This document shows positions 34,655 through 41,243 of a stretch of 47,211 bases of DNA, piece by piece. Source of the stretch: a virus. Every line of letters starts with the position of its first letter. The first letter of the stretch is position 1. The notes below the pieces were generated by a model that was not told the origin of the DNA, ran no database searches, and was given only the letters and a program-made list of their open reading frames with translations. The DNA lies in the IMG/VR virus record IMGVR_UViG_3300045988_007086, positions 1 through 47,211 of that record, one strand, 5' to 3'. The translations under genes and the position numbers were made by a program.

Positions 34655-35011
34655 CTATTCAATCCAAAACGTCGCAACCGGAACAAGCTCTTCATACCAT
34701 TGCTGGAAATCATTCCAATCGTTAAGAATGTTCCGGAAGAATTGTGCTGTCCCTTTTACCGTTCCCCATCCGTTCGATGCTTCGTATTCTTCGAATTTGT
34801 CGGGGTTCTGCTCCAAATTTCTCAAGCCAACCTCGATTTTCGGAATTACGTCCACGCAAAGCCCGTTGTTCTGGCAGTTCTTCCATTCCAGCCCCGTCGA
34901 CTTCTCTATAATTTTCCGGACGTTCCACGTTATATTTGCGTCGCACGTACCAACTGGGACGTAGGCATCAACCCCTTCGACTTTGACTTTGAACGAAATA
35001 TTGTAGCTCAT
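34655..35011 (-). CDS. Hypothetical protein (118 aa)
   Basis: GGAGGAAGGAGG upstream of ATG 35011. Confidence 0.65.
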   Translation of the reverse strand: MSYNISFKVKVEGVDAYVPVGTCDANITWNVRKIIEKSTGLEWKNCQNNGLCVDVIPKIEVGLRNLEQNPDKFEEYEASNGWGTVKGTAQFFRNILNDWNDFQQWYEELVPVATFWIE

Positions 35012-35391
35012 GCCTTACCTCCTTCCTCCGGCGCGTCCGGCAATCCGCGCCATTCCCAGTGGCTGGAATTGCCGCATCCGGCGCATGGACAATTTTTCGT
35101 CACACAGTTCATGCATTCGATAACAGTCGCATTATCAAATTCGCAGTAGTCGAAATGCTTACAATCCAGACACGAGCGACGCGCTTTTATCTGCTCAAGC
35201 AGCGCGTCCCTCTCGGCTTCTGCCTCTGCCTGCTTCTCCCGCAGCGCCGCGTTCTCGGCGGTCAGGCGCTCGATCAGGTCAGCGCTCACCTTCGGGCATC
35301 CGTCGCATCCAGCGACCGCCGTAAACGGGCAGTCCTCTGCTTCTCCGCTTGCGCAATCCCGCAGCGCCTGCACGATTTCTTTATTCGTCAC
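35008..35391 (-). CDS. Cys-rich hypothetical protein (127 aa, GTG start)
   Basis: Track ORF trimmed to GTG 35391, preceded by GGAGGGAAAAAC. The remaining upstream part overlaps the radical-SAM gene. Confidence 0.55.
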   Translation of the reverse strand: MTNKEIVQALRDCASGEAEDCPFTAVAGCDGCPKVSADLIERLTAENAALREKQAEAEAERDALLEQIKARRSCLDCKHFDYCEFDNATVIECMNCVTKNCPCAGCGNSSHWEWRGLPDAPEEGGKA

Positions 35392-36244
35392 GTTTTTCCC
35401 TCCAATATTCGTTGAACTTTTTCCCCGTAATGATCGGTCTGCACCACTCGCGCTGGAAGCGCCGCCAATCCGGATCATATTTTCCATCTTCTCCGCGAAA
35501 CAGCATTGCATACGGGACAAATCCTGCCTGCATAGTCTGTACGAGACGCTTTTCGGCGTCCTCAAAACTGTCACCGTCATAGCCGCACAGCACATAGCAG
35601 CACATTGTGTGGCTCGACGGCCTGAATCCTGCCGCGCGGAATTTTCGTCCCATTTCGATCAGCGGTTCCAGATCGTCTTTCGTATCGTAGGCCGTGTAAA
35701 TGCGGGCCGGTTTCACTTCGCGCAGCAAATCCGCCTGCCACTGCTGCAAAAGTGCTGGCTCCAAGCCTCCCGTAAATATCGCCGGATGTGCTTGCCGCTT
35801 AAGCATCTCGCAAACTGCCAGGAAGTGCCGTTCGGACGTGCCTAAAATGTTATCATCGAGGATGTTCCAACCATCCACGATTGGAAGTTCCTTGATTTGC
35901 CCATGCGCGCAGCGTGGTACAGAGCAAAACCAGCATTCTTTCGTGCAACCGCGAGACGTGAATATGTATCCGTCGCGCAGATACATACCCGGTGTAAAAT
36001 TTCCCATGCGATCATCAAAAGCAGGGCCGCCCACCTCGACAGGCACGCCCAACACCTGCCACGCATAATACAGTTCTTCCGCCGTCTCTATATCCCAAGT
36101 GAATGTTACGGATATGTGGACTTGTGTCACATTTGCCTTGATGCAATCTGCGATGTTTTCGATGGTCGGCGCACCGAAAAATGCCAGTGGATCGATGGGA
36201 GAAGCTTTTGTCTTGCGCGGAAACACTCTTGCAATCGAATTCAT
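35381..36244 (-). CDS. Radical SAM domain protein (about 287 aa)
   Basis: CxxxCxxC cluster motif SRGCTKECWFC (35924..35947), followed by the NILDDN and FTGGLEP segments typical of the radical-SAM half-barrel. The start (ATG 36244) is uncertain. Confidence 0.7.
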   Translation of the reverse strand: MNSIARVFPRKTKASPIDPLAFFGAPTIENIADCIKANVTQVHISVTFTWDIETAEELYYAWQVLGVPVEVGGPAFDDRMGNFTPGMYLRDGYIFTSRGCTKECWFCSVPRCAHGQIKELPIVDGWNILDDNILGTSERHFLAVCEMLKRQAHPAIFTGGLEPALLQQWQADLLREVKPARIYTAYDTKDDLEPLIEMGRKFRAAGFRPSSHTMCCYVLCGYDGDSFEDAEKRLVQTMQAGFVPYAMLFRGEDGKYDPDWRRFQREWCRPIITGKKFNEYWREKRDE

Positions 36245-36416
36245 TGCTGTAAGGCTTTTACCCCCTTCCATCAATCGGCACAAGTTGCCCGTGAATGATC
36301 TCCGTCGCCTCTTGCAAATATGGATTTTTCATGGTATACTCTCCTTGTACTTGATTTTCACAGAGAAGCGCAGGCTTCTCCGCCCTCGTCCGGCTGCAAC
36401 CGGTCGAGGGCATTTT

Positions 36417-36674
36417 TTATCCGATCAGGAACTCCGGCTTATAGTGGAGCTTCACCGCCCTGGCGTTTTGGTGGTATTCCGGCGCGCTCCACTTATAGCC
36501 CCAATATTTGGCCGCCGTAAAGATCGCGGCCAGCTCGTCTCCCGCGCGTACCGTAATGCTCTGATTGCGGTACGCGACGGCGTAATAATTTTTCCCGGTA
36601 TACCCGGCCTGCGCGATCACGCACTGCCTGCGCGGTGCCCGCTCTCCCGAGTAATCGGTGCTATTTTGCCGCAT
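36417..36674 (-). CDS. Hypothetical protein (85 aa)
   Basis: AAGGAAGGGG upstream of ATG 36674. Confidence 0.6.
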   Translation of the reverse strand: MRQNSTDYSGERAPRRQCVIAQAGYTGKNYYAVAYRNQSITVRAGDELAAIFTAAKYWGYKWSAPEYHQNARAVKLHYKPEFLIG

Positions 36675-36903
36675 ACAAATGCCCCTTCCTTACTTTCCTC
36701 CCGGCGTGCGCGATCTCCCGCTGCGCCACGAAATTCAGCTCCTGCGCGTGCTTCTCTGCGAGCTGCTTTTGATAGATGTGCTCCCGTATGGACTGATACA
36801 GCATCCACGAGCAGCACATCGCGCTACATCCCGGCGCACGTCCCGGGCAGTCTCTCCCGCAGGGAGGCGGGATCGGCTTTGTTTTCGGTGTGTACCGTAT
36901 CAT
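36661..36903 (-). CDS. Cys-rich hypothetical protein (80 aa)
   Basis: Trimmed to ATG 36903 (ATGA overlap). Contains PPCGRDCPGRAPGCSAMCCSW. Confidence 0.55.
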   Translation of the reverse strand: MIRYTPKTKPIPPPCGRDCPGRAPGCSAMCCSWMLYQSIREHIYQKQLAEKHAQELNFVAQREIAHAGRKVRKGHLYAAK

Positions 36904-37127
36904 TCGTCCTCGGCCTCCTCCCACAAATGCTGCATCCACGCCGCCAGCGTCAGCAGGCGCTTGCGCGTCTCCAGCAGCATTCCGACGGTCTCCCGGTCTA
37001 TGCGCGGCTGGCTGCTCAGTATCTCTGCGTCCTCCTGATTTTGCTCAGCGGCCCGTGTAGCCGCATCGATCAGGTCCTCCATCTGCTCCGGCGTCAGCTC
37101 CACCGGAATTTTCCCTTCATGCATCAT
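36900..37127 (-). CDS. Small hypothetical protein (75 aa)
   Basis: In the operon and overlapping its neighbours. Confidence 0.55.
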   Translation of the reverse strand: MMHEGKIPVELTPEQMEDLIDAATRAAEQNQEDAEILSSQPRIDRETVGMLLETRKRLLTLAAWMQHLWEEAEDE

Positions 37128-37857
37128 TCGTGCCCTGTTCCGCTATCTTCATTGCCTCGCGGATCACGTCTCCACCATATGCATCCTTGGTCAGCTCAAA
37201 GAATGCCTCGCGCGTCATATATGCGCTCAGGTCGATTCCGTGATCCTTCGCAAATGCCTTTCGCCCGGCCTCGCAACTCCCAGTCAGCCGATGATGCCAG
37301 TCGTACAGCGTCATCACCGGATACGCTGTATTCGGCTTGATCGCATTCAGAAATGCGGTGATCCGCTCCTCCTGCGGCATGTCCTCAAACGCCTTATCGC
37401 GCGCATCCGTCACAGCCTGACGCACCGTCTCCCCGTGCGCGAAACAGTCTTCAACTTTCGCGATGAAGCATGGCGTCAGCGTCAGATCGCCTTGCAGGAT
37501 AAAGCCCTTCGCAATGTCCCCGTGTACCGCCGTTATGATCGTCTGCACACCATCGATCATATGTACATCTTCTCCGTCGTACTTTTTAATGCCGTCGCCG
37601 TAGCCGTCGCCGGAGCCGGAGCCGGAGCCGTAGCCGGAGCCGTAGCCGTAGCCGGAGCCGTAGCCGGAGCCGGAGCCGGAGCCGTCGCCGTAGCCGGAGC
37701 CGTCGCCGGAGCCGTCGCCGGAGCCGTCGCCGGAGCCGGAGCCGGAGCCGGAGCCGTAGCCGGAGCCGTAGCCGTAGCCGGAGCCGTAGCCGGAGCCGGA
37801 GCCGGAGCCGTCGCCGGATCGCGCGTCCAGAAACTCTTTGATTTTTATCGTTTCCAT
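37117..37857 (-). CDS. Protein with an 80-aa G-S-Y-D low-complexity tract and a conserved-looking C-terminal domain (246 aa)
   Basis: Trimmed to ATG 37857. SGDGSGSGSGYGSGYGYGSGYGSGSG... is followed by a globular region (IDGVQTIITAVHGDIAKGF...). Confidence 0.7.
   Translation of the reverse strand: METIKIKEFLDARSGDGSGSGSGYGSGYGYGSGYGSGSGSGSGDGSGDGSGDGSGYGDGSGSGSGYGSGYGYGSGYGSGSGSGDGYGDGIKKYDGEDVHMIDGVQTIITAVHGDIAKGFILQGDLTLTPCFIAKVEDCFAHGETVRQAVTDARDKAFEDMPQEERITAFLNAIKPNTAYPVMTLYDWHHRLTGSCEAGRKAFAKDHGIDLSAYMTREAFFELTKDAYGGDVIREAMKIAEQGTNDA
37591..37817. repeat. Hexanucleotide-type coding repeat array (gagccg/tagccg/tcgccg units) with an internal duplication of about 66 bp
   Basis: Read directly from the sequence. 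It is in frame within 37117..37857. Confidence 0.9.
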
Positions 37858-38141
37858 ACTCTTACTCCATTGATGCTCCGCACCGCCTCGTCGGTGCAAG
37901 GGATGATCTCAATAATCCCGAGTACCGTCATTGCCGGTATCGTTACCGTAAACTTGCAGTTTCCCGGTGCCTTCACCCCCTCCGTTGCGAGCTGGGACAA
38001 GCTCGCAGCTCCATCCCAATACCACAGCCTTCGGCAATCAACCAGATCTGCCTCGGCACCTCTGCGCTCCGCGATCTTTGCGAGGAATACGCCCGCCCGA
38101 TCACACCGAATGATGTAATACTGCTCGTTTTTGTTTTTCAT
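37845..38141 (-). CDS. Hypothetical protein (98 aa)
   Basis: Trimmed to ATG 38141 after AAGGAGGAAACAATA. Confidence 0.65.
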   Translation of the reverse strand: MKNKNEQYYIIRCDRAGVFLAKIAERRGAEADLVDCRRLWYWDGAASLSQLATEGVKAPGNCKFTVTIPAMTVLGIIEIIPCTDEAVRSINGVRVWKR

Positions 38142-38203
38142 TATTGTTTCCTCCTTAAATTTCGTTTCCCGGCAGCTTCGCTCGAAGCGCCCTGATAATA
38201 TCC

Positions 38204-38470
38204 TCACAGCTCATACAGCACACTCCCCAGTACAGCGCTGATCGCCGCCGCTCCGCCGAAGGCCAGCGCCGCACCGGCCAGCTCCAAGGCCAGCAGCACC
38301 AGCGCCATGCCGGACAAAAACGCCCCTGCCAGCCAGCAGACGGAGAGCGCCGTCCGACGCACCCGTTCTCTCTTTTCCCGCAGGCCGTCCCTTTTGGCTC
38401 TGCGTGCTTCCCATTCGCGTTCCCGCGCTCTCTGGTGATTGATTCCCGTGATAAACTCCACATCGCTCAT
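38204..38470 (-). CDS. Small membrane protein (88 aa)
   Basis: Basic N-terminus, then WLAGAFLSGMALVLLALELAGAALAFGGAAAISAVLG. Confidence 0.6.
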   Translation of the reverse strand: MSDVEFITGINHQRAREREWEARRAKRDGLREKRERVRRTALSVCWLAGAFLSGMALVLLALELAGAALAFGGAAAISAVLGSVLYEL

Positions 38471-38483
38471 ATTCTTTCCTCCC

Positions 38484-38723
38484 TCAGTATGGATAACAGA
38501 TCGTCTCCCGCACCCTTTCGATCGGCACGGACAGCTTCCGCATCAGCGGCAGCACCTTGTCAAAGTACGCGGTCGGCTGCTCGAAAACGCGGTAGAGCGT
38601 CTTTTCGCTGCATCCTGCGTACCGGCTCGCCACTTCGATGGTGACGCCCTGCGCGGCCATTTCCCCCCGGATCATCGCCCGCAGGCGGTAATCCGTCGTC
38701 CGCTCGACTCGCATCTTCGGCAT
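38484..38723 (-). CDS. Small HTH DNA-binding protein (79 aa), Cro/Aca-like candidate
   Basis: HTH-like VTIEVASRYAGCSEKTLYRVF. It is the third gene of the early operon. Confidence 0.55.
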   Translation of the reverse strand: MPKMRVERTTDYRLRAMIRGEMAAQGVTIEVASRYAGCSEKTLYRVFEQPTAYFDKVLPLMRKLSVPIERVRETICYPY

Positions 38724-38738
38724 ATTCTCACGCCTCCC

Positions 38739-39050
38739 TTAAAACTTCCTCTTCTCGAACGCGCGGTTTTTCAGGATATCAAGGATTTCCGACTGTGCAT
38801 CCTCTCCCGCCGCGTGGAAGCTCTTCACCACGAAGGCGTCCACGCTGTTCATGCCCCACGCGACCACGCTGTTCTCCGGCGGCTCCGCATGCTCCGGCAT
38901 CCCGATTTCATGCAAAATCTTGATGCAGCGTTCCGCATTGCCGCGCGCCTCTGCGTACTGCTGCGCGTCCTGCGCTCCGCCGTAGCCGGATAAAAGCGCC
39001 CCAATCTCTTCCAGCAGCGCACGAAGCACCGCCCGTTTCAGTTCTTCCAT
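38739..39050 (-). CDS. Hypothetical early protein (103 aa)
   Basis: AAGGAGG upstream of ATG 39050. Confidence 0.6.
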   Translation of the reverse strand: MEELKRAVLRALLEEIGALLSGYGGAQDAQQYAEARGNAERCIKILHEIGMPEHAEPPENSVVAWGMNSVDAFVVKSFHAAGEDAQSEILDILKNRAFEKRKF

Positions 39051-39054
39051 GTCC

Positions 39055-39201
39055 TCACGCCTCCTTCCGTTCCGCCTGCATCAGCTTTGCCGCCGTTGCC
39101 ATACCCTGCATATATGTGATCATGACCTCGATCTGCTGCGGGTTCATATGCTTCATCTCGTGCAGCACGCCGTCGATCTTCTTCTTCTGTTCCTCGGACA
39201 T
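39055..39201 (-). CDS. Small early protein (48 aa)
   Basis: Track ORF 39055..39459 trimmed to ATG 39201. The upstream part lies in the promoter region and is not protein-like. Confidence 0.45.
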   Translation of the reverse strand: MSEEQKKKIDGVLHEMKHMNPQQIEVMITYMQGMATAAKLMQAERKEA

Positions 39202-39217
39202 CTCTTCACCTTCTTCC

Positions 39218-39246
39218 TTGACACTTCCTGTTCCTGCCTGTAAAAT
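39218..39246 (+). promoter_or_regulatory. Sigma-70-type promoter, plus strand
   Basis: TTGACA (39218..39223), 17 nt, TAAAAT (39241..39246). Confidence 0.6.
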
Positions 39247-39392
39247 TGAGTCACCCGGGCAGCTCGGGGATCCTCCACGGAAAGGGGGTGTTGCCTTATG
39301 GAGACCCTGATTTCTTCCATAATGCCTCCCTCGATCTGTGTGCGCCGTAAGTTTCTCACAGTCGCCGCCCCCGGGTAACTCAATTTTGCAGG
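39237..39392. promoter_or_regulatory. 23-bp inverted repeat pair (candidate operators)
   Basis: CCTGTAAAATTGAGTCACCCGGG (39237..39259) matches the reverse complement of 39370..39392 (CCTGCAAAATTGAGTTACCCGGG) at 21 of 23 positions. The left arm overlaps the -10 of the 39218 promoter. Confidence 0.6.
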
Positions 39393-39407
39393 CAGTCCCA
39401 TCCTCCC

Positions 39408-39435
39408 TTGACACCTCCCTTCCGTATGCTAAAAT
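39408..39435 (+). promoter_or_regulatory. Second plus-strand promoter with extended -10
   Basis: TTGACA (39408..39413), 16 nt, TGCTAAAAT (-10 at 39430..39435). Confidence 0.55.
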
Positions 39436-39457
39436 ACAGTCAAAAGGAGGTGCTCCC

Positions 39458-39889
39458 ATGTTTGAGCATGTAACGGATACCCGTTATATCCCGCTGGCCC
39501 TGCTCTATGGCGTCGGCGGGCGTATGCAGTTTGTTGACCTGATGAATCAGGCCGTCACGCTTTCCGGCCTCGACGTTCTCCAGACGAAAGCTCTTCTGAA
39601 AACCATGCGCGGCCAGAGCCTCATTTCCTGCGACTTCTCGGCCGGCTCCTACGTCCAGCTGGAGCAGCCCGGCGCGGAGCTGTTTCTTTCCCTCCAAAAG
39701 GAGGCGAAAGAGCGTCTACAGCTTGCCGAGAAGGAAGCGAAACAGCATGCCGAGGAAAAACGTCAGAAGAAGCTTAGCAACGTGCTGGCAATAGCAGCGA
39801 TTTTTGAACATTTTATAGTCTTCATCCTCGGTGCCTTTTTTGAGCATCGCGCCCAGATTATCTCTTTGCTCGCGTCCCTTTTTCACTGA
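39458..39889 (+). CDS. Hypothetical protein with a C-terminal TM segment (143 aa); first gene of the plus-strand lysogeny operon
   Basis: Trimmed to ATG 39458 after AAGGAGG. C-terminus is LAIAAIFEHFIVFILGAFF. Confidence 0.6.
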   Translation: MFEHVTDTRYIPLALLYGVGGRMQFVDLMNQAVTLSGLDVLQTKALLKTMRGQSLISCDFSAGSYVQLEQPGAELFLSLQKEAKERLQLAEKEAKQHAEEKRQKKLSNVLAIAAIFEHFIVFILGAFFEHRAQIISLLASLFH

Positions 39890-39950
39890 CTTCCCACCCC
39901 CTTCCAATCGACATTTCTTTTCTCGGTTACGTCCTCTGTAACTTGGTTTC

Positions 39951-39979
39951 ATGCTATCACATCTCTGATTCATTGTCAA
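39951..39979 (-). promoter_or_regulatory. Minus-strand promoter (candidate early lytic promoter)
   Basis: Minus strand reads TTGACA (39979..39974), 17 nt, TGA-TAGCAT (-10 at 39956..39951, extended TG). Confidence 0.55.
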
Positions 39980-40011
39980 GCACTTTTGTGAATCCCAGTT
40001 TCATTATTTTC

Positions 40012-40040
40012 TTGACAATGCATTTTTTCTGTGGTAACTT
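40012..40040 (+). promoter_or_regulatory. Promoter of the CI-like repressor gene
   Basis: TTGACA (40012..40017), 17 nt, TAACTT (40035..40040). Its -35 lies in CTTGACAATG, the exact inverted repeat of CATTGTCAAG at 39971..39980. Confidence 0.5.
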
Positions 40041-40062
40041 AGTTTCAGAAAGGAGGTCGCAC

Positions 40063-40437
40063 ATGAATAGCATCAACCAGCGGATCGATTTTCTGATAAA
40101 GGAACTAGGTATTACAAAAACGAAATTTTCCGAAGCGATCCATGTTTCTTCTCAATTCGTCTCCGCTATTTGTTCTGGCTCAAAGGTGCCGAGCGACCGC
40201 ACGATTGCAGACATCTGCCGCGAGTTCAACGTATCTCTTGCATGGCTGGAGACCGGGGAAGGGGAGATGTACGTCCAGCGCAGTGAGAACGAGCGCATGG
40301 CCCTGATGTTTGCCGACGTTCTGGCCGAGGCCGACGAATCCACCCGCAAGCGCTGCATCGCTGCGGCAATGGAGATGCCCCCTGAGTTCTGGGACAGCAT
40401 CTACGAGTACGCGAAAAAAATCACCGGAAGCGCATGA
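40063..40437 (+). CDS. XRE-family HTH repressor (CI-like), 124 aa
   Basis: Trimmed to ATG 40063 after AAGGAGG. HTH reads ITKTKFSEAIHVSSQFVSAICSGSKVPSDRTIADICREFNVSLAWL. Confidence 0.75.
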   Translation: MNSINQRIDFLIKELGITKTKFSEAIHVSSQFVSAICSGSKVPSDRTIADICREFNVSLAWLETGEGEMYVQRSENERMALMFADVLAEADESTRKRCIAAAMEMPPEFWDSIYEYAKKITGSA

Positions 40438-40457
40438 CCGCTTCCGGTGATTTCTTA
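40414..40457. terminator. Bidirectional terminator between convergent genes
   Basis: ATCACCGGAAGCG / CGCTTCCGGTGAT perfect 13-bp stem, flanked by AAAAAAA on the left and TTCTT on the right. The repressor stop codon sits in the loop. Confidence 0.75.
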
Positions 40458-40556
40458 TCGAAGGATCTTTTCTGCCAGCCGCAGCAGCAGCCAGACCTGC
40501 TCATCAGTCGCCCGCTCAAGGATGTTTTTCAGTCTTTCTCTTGCCTTTTCCATCAT
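40455..40556 (-). CDS. Small ORF (33 aa), not in the ORF track
   Basis: GGGAGGAA then ATGATG. Translation is MMEKARERLKNILERATDEQVWLLLRLAEKILR, followed by the bidirectional terminator. Confidence 0.4.
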   Translation of the reverse strand: MMEKARERLKNILERATDEQVWLLLRLAEKILR

Positions 40557-40676
40557 TTCCTCCCTTTCTCAACAAAAACGCCGTTCATTTTTCGTTCATA
40601 TTTCCATCTTGCACCAAATGTAATTTGGGCATAAGCTATAAGTATCACAATAATTTCTCTATATGGGGGTGATTTT

Positions 40677-41066
40677 CTGAAACGAAGTTTAATTTGTATA
40701 ATCGTCACATTCCTTGTTTGCCTTGTTATTTCGATCTGTGTAATCAATAGTCAAAACCGACTCGCCGCCGAACGCCTTGACAATGCAAAAATTGAGCAGT
40801 ACGACCAGGGTTACACGGATGGTTACAACGACGGCCACGAAGACGGTTATTCCGAAGGTTCGTCTTCTGGCTATGATGAAGGCTATGGCGATGGAAAAGA
40901 GGGGAACTTATCTCCTGCGGACAAGCGCACCGTTTATGTGACACCGTCCGGCAGAAAATATCATCGCAAGAGCTGTAGCAGCATCAAGGGGCATGACACC
41001 GAAAAACTTCAGACATGGGAAGCCAAGGAGCGCGGCTATACCGCTTGCGCTCGATGTAATCCGTAA
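40677..41066 (+). CDS. Membrane-anchored protein with G/Y/D-rich linker and C-terminal YH..C...C..C zinc-binding motif (129 aa, apparent CTG start); not in the ORF track
   Basis: Open frame from 40635 to TAA 41064..41066. GGGGGTGA lies 5 nt before CTG 40677. The product starts (M)KRSLICIIVTFLVCLVISICVI and ends YVTPSGRKYHRKSCSSIKGHDTEKLQTWEAKERGYTACARCNP. Confidence 0.6.
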   Translation: MKRSLICIIVTFLVCLVISICVINSQNRLAAERLDNAKIEQYDQGYTDGYNDGHEDGYSEGSSSGYDEGYGDGKEGNLSPADKRTVYVTPSGRKYHRKSCSSIKGHDTEKLQTWEAKERGYTACARCNP

Positions 41067-41243
41067 CCGCCTGTCGCCTCCGCCCCGTGACAGCGTGCCG
41101 TCGCCGCCTCGGGGCTTCGGCCTGCAAGCGATTGGGAGCCGCCTGTAGTTCAACCATACGCTTTCACCAATGGTTATGTACAGCCCTTCCCATGGTTTTT
41201 CCCGCCCCAATCATGGTTTTTTGGAGTGATTTTCTTGGAAAAA

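Noticed and set aside
37591-37817. Possible CRISPR-like or satellite array
   Set aside because: The units are 6 nt with no spacers, and the array is in frame within a coding gene (the GSGYG tract). It is not a CRISPR.
39716-39979. Minus-strand 87-aa ORF (or a 58-aa GTG-started version) downstream of the 39979 promoter
   Set aside because: It overlaps the 3' half of the plus-strand 143-aa ORF, which has a much better RBS (AAGGAGG-7-ATG) and a longer coherent product. The track start lies inside the promoter. It is kept only as an alternative in the switch finding.
40434-40747. Track ORFs 40434..40634 (+) and 40553..40747 (-)
   Set aside because: Neither has an RBS and both lie in an AT-rich intergenic or promoter region. 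Their products are low in complexity, and they conflict with the better-supported 33-aa ORF and the CTG-start gene.
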